Positions 1-15,061 of a DNA stretch of 64,000 bases are shown one piece after another. A program made the translations under genes and the position numbers. This stretch comes from Chrysomallon squamiferum (Eukaryota > Animalia > Mollusca). The stretch's first letter is position 1, and every line of letters begins with the position of its first letter. The stretch lies in NCBI GenBank assembly GCA_012295275.1, contig CM022669.1, positions 6,014,001 to 6,078,000 on the forward strand, given 5' to 3'. The notes beneath the pieces were generated by a model. The model ran no database searches and had not been told where the DNA came from. It was given only the letters and a program-made list of their open reading frames with translations.

Positions 1-169
1 TGTGTGTGTGTGTCTTTGCTGACTCACTGCATTTAAAAATGTAACTCACTCACTTTTCAGACTTACTTTAAATAAAGTTCAATCATTAACTATGATGAAA
101 TAAAGTATTTGCTGAATTCTGTTTTATTCAAAGTGTTTGAGCCCGTTATTTGACAGTCTTTTATTTATT

Positions 170-335
170 TTATGACTGACTGACTGATTGATTGACTGAC
201 TGATTGACTGATTGACTGATGGATTGATGATTGACTGATTGACTGATTGACTGATTGACTGATTGATTGGATGACTGACTGATTGACTGACTGACTGACT
301 GACTTGTTGTCTGAGTGACTGATTGGTTGATTGGT
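170..335. repeat. (TGAC/TGAT)n tetranucleotide microsatellite
   Basis: Directly visible. Confidence 0.9.
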
Positions 336-1254
336 TATTTTATTAATGATATGAAATAATAAGAAGAAATCCTTTTACACGGAGAGCAGAAAATCTTTTA
401 TATTTCATTGTTACTATTATTATTATTATTACTTTTATTATTATTATCGTTTTTTATAGTTGTTTTTTGTTTGTTTGTTTGGGGTTATACGCAGATATAA
501 AAAACAGTGGTTGAAATGTGAAATAACCTCAGCGAATTTCTACAGAGCTGCAAGTCCACTTGAGATGTGTAATAGAAAGAGTTTAAAACGACTGGTGTAG
601 TTACATACTTCCTGATTCAAATACAGATAACACACCCTACTTTACTGAGTATCACTGGGTCACAGAGGTCAAATACTTGTCATTTAGTTCATTCACAACA
701 TGAACCTCTCACCACAGAGACAAAGAATAAGTCGTTCATTTGGAGAATATTGTCATGAAAATGAATAAAAAGAAAAAAAAGGAAAGAAAAAAGAAAAGAA
801 AGATATCATTTAATAAATTATTATAAATCTTCTTCATGACATTGTTATTAGTATTATCATAATCATCATCATCAACACCATATCACCACTATGATTAATA
901 ACACAAAGCGCATCCCTAATTGCAGCCATGTATATATGTTTGTATGTATATGTGTATGCATATATACATGAATTTTTCAGGAACACAATCCTCTCTCTCT
1001 CTCTTTCTCTTTCCTTCACTCACTCCTTCCCTCTCTGGGTATGTATGTATGTTTGTTCGTATGTATATATGTATGTATATATGCATGTAATATATGCTTG
1101 TATACACGAATTTTTCAGGAAGTAAACTCTCTTTCTCTCACCTGTTTATGTATGTATGACGTATATATATATTATGTATGTATGTATGTATATGTATGTA
1201 TGTATGTATGTATGTATGGATATGCATGTAGGATGTATGTGCATATGTATATGT

Positions 1255-1316
<62 letters not shown>

Positions 1317-1800
1317 CTGTAACCAGAAACATGAGACAGTTAATTACCTTGTAAAGAAATTTCCAATCGATTATTTTTTCTCTTACTGCAGTTCATTGTT
1401 TTACAAGAGTTTTGATGTTTTGTCAACAAATTACTTACGTTGTGACATGTCTGTTACTGTACAATTACAATGACTGTGACCTTTGAGTACTTCTCTTTTG
1501 TTTACAAAATTAGTTTTATTGTAAACAACGTTTAAGCAGCAATAATAGTGAGTATTATTATGGTATATTATTAGTAGTAGTAGTAGCAGTAGTAGTAGTA
1601 GTAGCATCAGCAGCATTAGTAGCAGTAGTAGTATCACTATTTATACTGATAATAATGATATTGTCATCGTCATCATCATACTGTTAGTAGTAGTAATTTT
1701 TACACTACTATATCATAACTTGTATGATATTGATGATAATGATGATATTTTTATCATCATTCTCATTCTCATTATTATTATTATTTTATTATTATTATTA

Positions 1801-1834
<34 letters not shown>

Positions 1835-2018
1835 GCAATTACTGCAAGTACTATTACTGTTGCTGCAATTACTGCAACTAGCACTACTAATACAACTACT
1901 GCTACTGCTCCTACTACCACCACTACTACGTCCTTACCACAATCACCATCACCACCACTCTGTTAATAATGTTAGTAAAAGTATAAATAATGTGACCTCT
2001 TTTGCTGCAAAACAACAG

Positions 2019-2075
<57 letters not shown>

Positions 2076-2287
2076 TTACTACTACTACTACTACTACTAT
2101 TCTACTACTACTACTACTACTATTACTCCTACTACTGCTACTACCACTACCACTTAAATTGATATGATTCTGTCATGGAATTCAAATGCTGTGTAATAAA
2201 GAGAACCACAGTTTTTAAATATAAAATTTTATTCGTCAATTTAAGAATTTACATATTTTATTCATAATAATAATAATAATAGTATTA

Positions 2288-2332
<45 letters not shown>

Positions 2333-2639
2333 TATTGCAATATTAAATAAATTTAAAAAAAAATTAAAAATATAAAATAACAAAACTGAACAGTAATCCG
2401 ACAATAAAAAGCGTTATGATGTAAAGGGAGATAATCTAGAACCTAGATGATAGAGACAAATAAAGAAAACGATGGGGAGAAAAACAGTATTTTATATATA
2501 TATATATATATATAAGAATAGACGAGGTATATTTCTACAGAAAATAGGATCTTCCATATACTGTAATGAATATATTATTTCTAACTGCTGTTTTTAATAA
2601 TGTTTATAAAAATTTCATTTTTATTTTTTATTAATTTTG

Positions 2640-2688
<49 letters not shown>

Positions 2689-3590
2689 TTTTTTTTTCTG
2701 TTAATTTTATTGTATCAGTGACATATTGTTGTGTGGATTTGCAACATATATAAATACGGTTTTCCCTGATATTGATGTATAACTAAATAAACAACAGCAA
2801 AACATTTAAATTTAAATTTAAATTTAAAAAATTAAAATAAAAAAAAAAAACAGGTTCCTGTTAAAAGTTTTTTTTCATATGAAAATTTAACGTTTTTTTT
2901 ATTATTATTGTTTTTTTTAAAAAATTTTAATGCCACTAAAGGATTCAAAGAATTTCCTGTCCACCTCTTTCTATGTCATCTTTTCTGTGTCATGTATTTT
3001 CTAGTAAAATAAAAAAAACCCAAACAAAATTGACATCGTTTGTGTAAAAGCAATATTTTTAAAACACATATCTAATATAACAGTTGTGAATGCATATCCC
3101 CTGAAATGTTTTGTTTTTAAATTAGATGGTTTCAGTTTCGTTGCTAAGAAAAACTGTAGATTGAATAGAATTGTTGAAATGTGCATGCAAGTTATTATTT
3201 TAAAAATCTCTGATTTATTTCTTTAATTTCTTTTTACAAATTATATTGTGTTGCTTATTTATTTCATAATATGTGTGTTTGTGCTTTTGAAGTTAAAATT
3301 TTAGAAAAAGCAATAGCACTACAAACCTACACAGACTTAGCTAGAGTATTTGAATTCTACGTCCTGTATATAAATGTACAGTTTATTTTATAAGAAAGAT
3401 TTTGAAATGTATTTTCATCTCTTTCATATTCGGCTTTTAAATAACTATATAAATATACAATCAGACTTCGTTATATCTTCGTTTAATTAAAGGTAGTTAT
3501 GGGTTGTTATTGTTGCTGTCATTGTCTTTGTGCTTGGTACGTAACAAATTTTTTCTTTTTTCTTTTTTTTCTTCTTTTCTTCTTCTTCTT

Positions 3591-3653
<63 letters not shown>

Positions 3654-4003
3654 TATATCCAAATGGTCTGTCATATTTTATAGTGGATATAATCAGGGTA
3701 CGAAGAAATAATTCCATTGTTCAAAAAATCTACATGATCTCATGAGAAAACCCATTAACCATTGGTCAACTGTTCCATCGTTTTTAACGTGATCGAATCT
3801 GATTGGTTAATCTTTGAAACTTTTAATATATTCCTATTCAGATGTTACTCAGAAGGTGTAGATGTTTTCCACTTATCTGAAACTTTATAATGATGGTGTT
3901 GTCGTCGTTAATATTTTCATAGATCAGTTCAGGGAAAGATGTGAGCAGTGTAGCTGATAATTAAAGACTTTCAATAAATCAGACATTAAGTTTAGTGCCA
4001 TAA

Positions 4004-4295
4004 TCTGAAAATAAAAATAAAATGTTTTCGTTGTTTCTTTAAATATACGCTTCAGGTATAGATTATATTAATTGTTTTATTACAGCATTCCTTCGAGAAA
4101 TTGTTAATTTTTAATGACATAAATATCTAACTAAATACTTACTAAATGATATGTTATTTACTTATTAAATATTGTGTAATAGATTACTAAATAATGTGTT
4201 GTACACTTACTAAACTATGTGTTATATATTTACAATTAAACAAATGCTTTATATAAACCATGTGTTATATATTTACCAAATTATGACCTCTATAC

Positions 4296-4344
<49 letters not shown>

Positions 4345-4756
4345 CATATCATATACTTACTAACTGAAGATTATGATGGTTAAATGTGATATAACAAACT
4401 GAAGTAACATCCAGATACAGCTTGGCAAAAGGCCACTAGCTACTGCCCTGGTACTCTCAGAAATAGCTGTAAATAAATAAATAAAAAAAACAAACAAACA
4501 AAGAATCAAACAAATAAATACATTTATCCGACAGTCTACAGGAAATGTGTTTATCAGTTTTATGTTTGCTAACGCTATATGTGTCCTTACGATAAAAACA
4601 GCAATATAAGATAAAATTACTTTCTGGGATTTTATTAATGGCAAACAGTTCGTTAATTTTATTTATTTAAAATAATTTTATATGGTTGTGTGATGACAAG
4701 AAACACTATTATTCGAATATTTACGTATATCAGTATTTATATTTTGAATACAGTCA

Positions 4757-4800
<44 letters not shown>

Positions 4801-5037
4801 TTCTTACGCTCAGTACAAGTAATATTTGTCCATCCAGATTCACATCCTCCAACACATCGTCCAGTTCTTGGATCACAGGTAGAGTTATCGTCCTTGCAAT
4901 GTCTGTCAGAACAGTTTAGATGACAGTTTATGCCGTACGTGTTGCTGCATTCTGTAATATTAAACGTAGGAATCTTTGTATATTTCAAATGAATTATGAG
5001 AATTTAATTCTAGAACATTCGAGTTATATTATGCTAT

Positions 5038-5081
<44 letters not shown>

Positions 5082-8000
5082 TTAGTGGTAGTACTACTAC
5101 TACTACTTCTACTCCTGCTACTCCCGTAAATACTAGTACCACTGTTAATATTACTACTGATATTACTATTACTATTAGTGTTGCCACTGTTACAACAACA
5201 ACGACTACTACAGCTACAACTGCTAATAATTCCATCATAGCTATGGCTAATATAGTAATTACAAATACACTCTCGACTACTTCTGCTACTACAAGTGCTA
5301 CTTCTGTTACTATAAAAAAAATTACTGATACATTTACAAGAGCAACAACTACTACTACCACTGCTACTACTACCTCTCCTAATACTCCTACTACTATTAC
5401 TACCACGACTACTAGTACGTCTCCTATTAGCTTCAGCTACTAGCACTGAATAAAAGGTTGATACATAATTGGCTCGTACAAACAAATCAGAGAAAGATAA
5501 TTACAAACCTTGTGTACAATCAACTCCAGTCCATCCTGGCTCACATCCTCCAACACAAGTTCCATTTTTTACTTCACATGTAGAGTTAGAAACACAGTGA
5601 CGTTCTGAACACTTCTTTCTACAGTTAACACCATAATTAATACCTTTCTGACAACCTGAAATTAAACAAATAAAATATAGCAATAAAACAAAAAAACAAC
5701 AACGAAGAAACAAAATCAGTAACGAATCAGTAAAAACATCAAAACTAGTCAAAAAAAAATTACGAAAATAATAATTAATAAAATACTAGTCTGTAAGTAA
5801 GTAATAAGTAAGAAATCACTAAATAAAAATAAATAAAATAAACAAATAACTCCGGTCCATCCTGGCTGACATCCTTCAAAACATCTTCATTCATTTGCGT
5901 AACTCGTAGAATTAGAAAAACAGTGACGTTTTGAACACAACTTTTTACAGTTAGAACCGTAACACAACCGTAATTATTTTCTGCCCATTAAACAAAACTT
6001 CAATGTTGATCAGGCAGTCTGTGAAAGTGTTTGTTGAACTTTGCCATCATTTACATTTTACTATTTTATAAAGTTAATACAAAATATTTAAAACCTGTTT
6101 TATTTAGTAAACATTGTGAAATGTAAAACGGCTTAGAGAAGGTAATAATATACCTCGAGTACAATCAACTCCTTTCCATCCTGGTTTACATTGTCCACTA
6201 CAAGATCCAAGAAACACATCACAAGTAGATGTTGATTTAGCACAGTGACGTTTTGTACATAACTTATTACAGTTAGAACCATAGGTAACACCTTCTTGAC
6301 ATTCTGAAATAAAAGTGCATTAGACATCAATAATTAATTAAGCTTTTATTATTTTACCTCACTTCATTTTATTTTCGTTGTTTCTTCCTTTTGAATCGAC
6401 CTACACACTGTAATATCGGATTGTAACAAAAATAGAAAAAATATTTCAATAGAGATAAACAACACAAACAACAAGAACAACAATAATAATAACATCATAC
6501 AAAATTTAATGAAATAAGAAAAAAAATTAAATTAAATTTAAAAACTAAAAAGTGAAAAAAAATATAAAAATAAAAATAATAATAAATAAAAACTAATTTT
6601 AAAAATAAAAGGTACTAATAAATAATCCTTAAATAAAAGGACAACTAAAAGTCAAAATAAAGAGGCAAAATAACGCTAAAATGTATTCAACAAATAAATT
6701 TCGAACAATATCAGTTAGTACCATTGCATAAATAATTTAAAAAAACAAAATGTCAAATACAAAAACTATTTAATTTTATGTTTAAAATAATTGTTTAATT
6801 CAATATCAATGAACACGATTTCATGATTTTAACTTTCACACCTTGTACACAGTCATCTCCCTTCCATCCTGATTGACATCCTCCCTGACAAGATCCATCA
6901 GTTTTATTACATGTAGAATTAGACACAGCACAGTGACGTTCTTTACATTTCTTGTTACAGTTAGCACCATAGCTGTCTCCTTCAACACATTCTGATATAA
7001 ATAAATAAATAAATAAATAAGTAAATAAATAATACAGTATTAGAAATTGTAATGAATACTAATAATTCCATCAGTTATGGCTACTACAGTAAGCACTAAT
7101 ACACTGATGATTACTTTTTCATCTACAAGTACTACTTGTACTACTGTTACCACAACAAAAATTACTACTACCACCACTGCTGCTACTACAACTACTCATT
7201 ATACTCCTAAGATGACGACTACTACCGTTTCCTTCATTACTTCAGTTTCTACTACAAATATAACTACATCTAAGACTAGTACGACTACCAGCACTGAATA
7301 AAAGTTTCATACATAATTCCCTAAAATAAACAAATAAGAGAAAGATAATTACAAACCTTGTGTACAATCAACTCCAGTCCATCCTGGCTGACATCCTCCA
7401 ACACAAATTCCACGTTTTACTTCACATGTAGAGTTAGAAACACAGTGACGTTCTGAACACTTCTTTCTACAGTTAACACCATAATTAAAACCTTCCTGAC
7501 AAACTGAATAATAACAAGAAACAACACAGTAAAACAAACGAAGAAATAAAATCATTATCGAATCAGTAAAACATCGAAATAACTCGGGAAAGAATTACGA
7601 AAATATTAATTAATAAAATATTGATACATACAAACAAACAAAGAAAACTATGTGTATTGCATACAGTTAAGTCCAGTCCATCCTGGCTGATATTCTTCAA
7701 AACATGCTCCATTGTTTACATCACATATAGGAAAACAGTGACGCTTTGAACACAACATTTTACAGTTACAACTGTAACAAAATCGTAACTACACAAAACA
7801 TCTCAGTATGGATCTTGTGTGAGGTGTTTGTTGACAACTTGTAATTTTCTGTATTTTACCGTCATTTACATTTTATTATTTTATTTTATAACGCTGAAAC
7901 AGAATATATATTTATATATATATAATATTTAAAACCGTTTTTAAAAATATAACAAACAGAATTGCGAAATGTAAAACGGCTTACAGAAGATAATAATATA

Positions 8001-8791
8001 CCTCGAGTACAATCAACTCCTTTCCATCCTGGTTTACATTTTCCATTGCAAGAGCCAAGAAACACATCACAAGTAGATGTTGATTTAGTACAGTGACGAT
8101 TTGTACATAACCTTTTACAGTTAGAACCATAGGTAACACCTTGTTGACATTCTGAAATAAACGTACATAAGATTTTAATAATTAATTCAGTAAAATTATC
8201 TTATTTTATCTTATTTTAGTTTATGTATACTAATAGCAACAACATCAACAACAATGATATCATAAAAAAAATAAGAAGATAAAAAAAAAATAAATAATAA
8301 TGATAAATATAAAAAGTAAAAGTTAAAAAATAAAAATAAAAATAATTTCAAAAATAAAATGTAGTAATAAACAATCATTAAATAAAATGGACACTTAAAA
8401 GAGAATAAAGAGGAAACATTACGCAAAACAATTCTTCATGAAATCAATTTCGAACAATATCACTTAGTACCATTGTATAAAGTAATTTATCAAAATGAAA
8501 AACTATTTAATTTTATTTTTAAAATAATTGTTTAATTCAATGTCAATGAACACGATGACATGACTTTAACTTTTACACCTTGAATACAGTCATCTCCCCT
8601 AAATCCTGCTTGACATCCTCCCTGACAAGATCCATCAGTTTTATTACATGTAGAATTAGACACAGCACAGTGACGTTCTTCACATTTCTTGTTACAGTTA
8701 CCACCATAGCTGTCTCCTTCAACACATTCTGATATAAATAAATAAATGAATAAAAAAATAAATAAATAAATAAAGCATAAGATTGTGTGTG

Positions 8792-8856
<65 letters not shown>

Positions 8857-9057
8857 TTTGGAAAAATTAAATTTTTAGTCATATATTTAAGGAATGTAAT
8901 TCTTACTGTAATTATTTTTAATATTTATTAATTATTACTGTATTCAGTAAAATCAGTAATCGTATTTGGCAGTAATACTAAAGATTGTGTTAACAAAACA
9001 TGACCCATCCATCTTATGATATAGATGTGTATGCTATATTATACTGAAAATCAGCAC

Positions 9058-9089
<32 letters not shown>

Positions 9090-9233
9090 TAGTGTGTGTG
9101 TTCTGTTGAAAGATATCAGTTTTGTTTATTTTATTTATTTATTTTTTTTGGCTAATGTTTCTCTCATTCTATCTCTCTCTCTGACATTATTGGATGACAG
9201 AAATGATAGTATGTTCGTGCGTATGTGTGTTTT

Positions 9234-9281
<48 letters not shown>

Positions 9282-11921
9282 TAGATAGAGAGATAGACAG
9301 ATAGATATACATGACAGAGAACAAACTACTGAATGGATAGATAAAGAGATGTGTTAAAACGTGATGTTGAAAATACAATAAAGAAAATATAAAATATTTA
9401 CAAACCTTGTGTACAATCAACACCAGTCCATCCTGGCTGACATCCTCCAACACACGTTCCATTTTTTACTTCACATGTAGAGTTAGAAACACAGTGACGT
9501 TCTGAACACTTCTTTCTACAGTTAACACCATAATTAATACCTTCCTGACAAACTGAAATTAAACAAGAAACAAGATAGTAAAACAAACGAAGAAACAAAA
9601 TCATTAACGAATCAGTAAAAACATCGAAATAACTCACGAAAAAATTATGAAAATAATAATTAATAACATATTCGTGTGTAATAAGTAAATTAAATAAATA
9701 AATAAATAAATACAACTACGTGCATTGCACATAATTAACTCCGGTCCATCCTGGCTAACATTCTTCAAAACATGTTCCGTCATTTGCGTAACTCATAGAA
9801 TTAGAAAAACAGTGACGTTTTGAACACCACTTTTTACAGTTAGAACCATAACAAAATCGTAATCAGACAAAACACCTCAACGTTGATCAGGCAGTCTGTT
9901 TAATTTGTTTGTTGACAACATTTAGTAGTCGATTTCTGTATTTTACCTTTCTTTTATTTTATAACGTAGAAATAGAATGTATATAAATAAATAAATATTT
10001 AAAACCTGCTGTATTTAGTAAACATATCAGAAATAAAACATAGATAAACAGAATTGTAAAACGGCTTAGAGACGACAACGATGTACCTTGAGTACAATCA
10101 AATCCTTTCCATCCTGGTTGACATGGTCCGATACAAGATCCAATAAACACATCACAAGTAGCTGTTGATTTAGCACAGTGACGTTTTGTACATAACTTGT
10201 TACAGTTATGTCCATATGTAACACTTTCTTGACATTCTGAAATGAATATATATTAATTAATAATATTTATTTTATTTTATTTTAATTTATTTTCGATATT
10301 TTGAACCGACCTACATACGGTAATATCGGATTGTTACCACAGAGAAATATTTTATTAAATAATATATGTAAAAATAAGAACAAAATTAAATACAAATAAA
10401 TACAAATAATTTTTAAAATAAATAAGTAGTAATAAACAATCATTAAGTAAAAGAGAATAAACAATTGAAATATTCCATACTTTGCATACAGTCATCTCCT
10501 CCAAATCCTGCTTGACATCCTCCCTGACAAGATCCATCAGTTTTATTACATGTAGAATTAGATACAGCACAGTGACGTTCTTTACATTTCTTGTTACAGT
10601 TAGCACCATAGCTGTCTCCTTCAACACATTCTGATATAAATAAATAAATAAATAAATAAATACAAAATAAATGCAGCATAAAATATTTCCAATCTAAAAT
10701 ATCTAAAATATTTATAGTAAATTTTATAAAATAAAAGATTGTCTATGCCTATATAATAATGGTGAACGTTTTGGGAAACTGAAAAAGAATGTGATAAAAA
10801 ATACCATCCTTCAAAATATGTTCCATGATTTACATAACATGAAGGATTAGAAAAACAGTTTTACAGTTAGAGCCGTAACACAACCGTAATTATTTTCTGC
10901 CCACTACACAAAACTTCGATGTTGATCAGGCAGTCTGTGAAAGTGTTTGTTGAACTTTGCCATCATTTGCATTTTACTATTTTATTTTATAAAGTTAATA
11001 CAAAATATTTAAAGCCTATTATATTTAGTAAACATATCAAAAATATAACAAAGAGAATTGTGAAATGAAAAACGGCTTAGAGAAGATAATGATTTACCTT
11101 GAGTACAATCAACTCCTTTCCATCCTGGCTGACATGGTCCACTACAAGATCCAAGAAACACATCACAAGTAGCTGTTGATTTAGCACAGTGACGTTTTGT
11201 ACATAACTTATTACAGTTAGAACCATAGGTAACACCTTGTTGACATTCTGAAATAAACATACAATCAGATTTTAATAATTAATTAATTAATAATATTTTT
11301 ATTTATTTATTTTGTTTTCGTTGTTTCTTCCTTTTGAATCGACCTACATACTGTAATATCGCATTGTCATCAAAGAAGAAATATTTTATAAAATAACACA
11401 CAAACTCACACACACACACACACATACACACAGACACATATTTGTATATATATTATTTTATCAAATATTTTTATGTTATTATTCTTGTTTGTTCTTGTCG
11501 TTAGCTTTATATATAGAATATCATAACAAATTTGATAAAATAAGAAATAAAAAAAAATAAAAATAAATATAAAAAATGTAAAAAATAAAAAATAAAAATA
11601 AATAAAAATAATTTTAAAAATAAACATTAGTAATAAACTAAAAGAAACAATAAAGAGGAAATACCAAAATTATTTTATATAATTATTTAATTCATTATCA
11701 GTTAAAAACGATGTCATGATTTTTATTATCGTCTCCACTAAATTCTTAAATAAGTCCTCTTTGACATTAACAATCAGTTTTATTACATGTAGAATTAGAT
11801 ACAACACATTCTGATATAAATAAATAAACAAATAAATAAAATAAAATTAAATTAAAAAAAATAAAATAGATAGACAGACAGAGACAGACAAAGATTCAGA
11901 CGTTTTCTTAGCAACAACATT

Positions 11922-11978
<57 letters not shown>

Positions 11979-13546
11979 CTACTGCAGGTACTACTTCATT
12001 TGCTGTTACTACAATAGTATTTACCGATACATATACAACAAAAACAACTACTACTTCTACTATCGCAGTTGCTATTACAACTACTGCTAATACTCGTACT
12101 AATATTACTACTATGACTCCTGCTCCAAGTTCTACTAACACTGCTTCATATACTTATACTCCCCCTAATACTCCTACTATTACTACTACCACAACTACTT
12201 CTGCTTCCACTTAAAGTACTGCTACTTGTATAACTAAAACTACTACAAGCACTATTACTAATATTGATGAAATGGTTGACACAAAATTGGCTTGTATAAT
12301 GAAATCAGAGAAAGATAATTACAAACCTTGTGTACAGTCAACTCTAGTCCATCCTGGCTGACATCCTCCAACACAAGTTCCATTTTTTATTTCACATGTA
12401 GAGTTAGAAATACAGTGACGTTCTGAACACTTCTTTGTACAGCTAACACCGTAATTAATACCTTCCTGACAAACTGAAATTAAACAAGAAACAACACAGT
12501 AAAAAAATACGAAGAAACAAAATCATTAACGAATCGGTAAAAACATCGAAATTACTCAAGAAACATTTGCGAAAATAATAATTAATAATATATTCGTATG
12601 TAATAAGTGAAATAAATAAATAAACAAACTGAACTATGTGTATTGCATACAATTAATTCCAGTCCATCCTGGCTGACATTCTTCAAAACATGCTCCATTG
12701 TTTACATCAGTCTTAGAATTAGAAAAACAGTGACATTTTCAACACAGGTTTTTGCAGTTAGAACCGTAACAAAATCGTAATCAGACAAAACACTTCAGTA
12801 TTGACCTTGCAGTCTGATTAATGTGTATGCTGACAACATTTAATAGTCGATTTCTGTATTTTACCTTTATTTTATTTTATAACGTAGAAATAGAATATAT
12901 ATAAAAGATATTTTAAACCTGCTGTATTTAATAAACATATCAGAAATATTACAGAGATAAATAGAATTGTAAAACGGCAAAGACAAGATAATGATTTACC
13001 TTGAGTACAATCAATTCCTTTCCATCCTGGCTGACATGGTCCACTACAAGATCCAAGAAACACATCACAAGTAGCTGTTGATTTACCACAGTGACGTTTT
13101 GTACATAACTTATTACAGTTAGAACCATAGGTAACACCTTCTTGACATTCTGAAATAAACACATTAGACATCAATAATTAATTAATAATATTCATTTTAT
13201 TTAATTTTTATTTATTTTCGTTATTTGTTCATTTTTAACCAACCTACATAAGGTAAAATCGGATTGTTACCACAGAAGAAATAGTTTATTAAATAATATA
13301 TATAAAAGTAAGAAAACATATGGCTACAATAGCTGCTAATACTACTGCTATTACAAGTCCTACTATTACCACAGCTTCTGCTATTACTACTCCCAATACT
13401 CCTACTAATATTACTACCACGACTACAACTACTACTGCACATACTACTGATACCACTACTATCACTGTTACATCTGGTATTATTACTACTACTACTTGTA
13501 CTATTATTACTAATACTTCTACTCCTAGTATTACCATTAATACCAG

Positions 13547-13581
<35 letters not shown>

Positions 13582-14266
13582 TTACTGCTAGTTCTATTAC
13601 TACAGCTACACTACTAATAATTCCATCATAGCAATGTCTAAAGTAACTACTAATACACTCACTACTTTTGCCATTACAAGTACTTCTATTACCACTGCTG
13701 CTGCTTTTACTACTTCTAATATTACTACCACGACTACCATTGCAACAAGTCCTACGTCTACTAATACTGCTCCAACTACTACTACAACTATTGCTATAAC
13801 TGCTCAACTACTAATAACACTATCGTTACTAAATAAAAGGTTAACACATTAAAAATGTGTTAACAAAATACGACCCACCCATCTTATGTTATATGTGTGT
13901 ACAATATATTGCTATAACTATTGAAAGGCGGTATAGATATATATTTGAATATAGACATTATGAAAATGACAAGTTTGATACAGTATTTCCGGTACATTGA
14001 TAATGATATATAAAAAAAAAAAATAAAAACATTATGTAAAAGAAAATAATAATAAAATAATAAAAAAAAAAAAAATCTAAATATGTAAATAAATAAATTC
14101 TACTATTGGTTTTAATGAATAATTAAATTCTTCAAATCAATAATATTTATTACTAATATTACTACCTAATATTTTAATACCAGTTATTACCAGTATTACT
14201 CTTAATATTATTAAGAAATAATTAAGAGAGACAGAGAGAAACGAGGGACAAGACATACATACAGAA

Positions 14267-14298
<32 letters not shown>

Positions 14299-15018
14299 AA
14301 TACCTTGTGTACAGTCTCTTCCAGTCCACCCAGGAAGACATCCACCTTTACATCGTCCTGTCTTTTTATTACATCTAGAATGTGAGACACAGTGACGTTC
14401 TGAACACAGCTTGGTACAGTTAGGACCGTAAGTTACGTTTTTCTCACACACTACGAAATAAAGATTTGGAATCAGTATTACTCAACAAAACAAAAAAAAA
14501 AATTAATACAGCAAAATAATGTGCTGCAAATTCTAAAACATTCAGAAAATAGAATTATCGAAAATAATAGTTTTACAATTTAAAATAAAACCAGTTAAAT
14601 AAACAAGACCGGCAGAATGGGGGGGGGGTTGGTTTGGTGGTTTGTTTGTTTGTTTGTTGTTTTCCGAATTTGTTTGAAAATATTTAAATAAAGAAAGAAA
14701 ACAGGAGTAAGTTTAAAAACTGTCTCAGCAATTAAAATGTTAATTTTTATACGAGTTCATGTTAACTGCAAGAGTGAAAAAATAAAAATAGAAAATAAAC
14801 AAAAATAAATAAATAAAATAACATGAAATAAAATATAGCAACCGTAACGTAACTTAATGCAATACGATACAATACGGAAAAAATAAACACACTAAATTAA
14901 GGGAAAACAAACAAGAAAAACAGTTATATTAATTAAGAAATTGCTGCAAGGTATACATTTCACAATTATTAATCATCAATATAAACACAGACAGACAGAG
15001 ATAGAATGCATCTGTGTT

Positions 15019-15061
<43 letters not shown>

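Noticed and set aside
1433-1500. Minus-strand ATGTCACAAC|GTAAGT, a possible first exon of a gene running off the window
   Set aside because: Only a donor motif and a short ATG context; no further exons found.
5024-13852. Thr/Ser-rich mucin-like plus-strand ORFs (5243-5443, 7077-7301, 13320-13852) and their Val-rich antisense ORFs
   Set aside because: Degenerate (ACT)n tracts inside introns of the minus-strand gene; duplicated with the module, lacking splice context and interrupted by stops.
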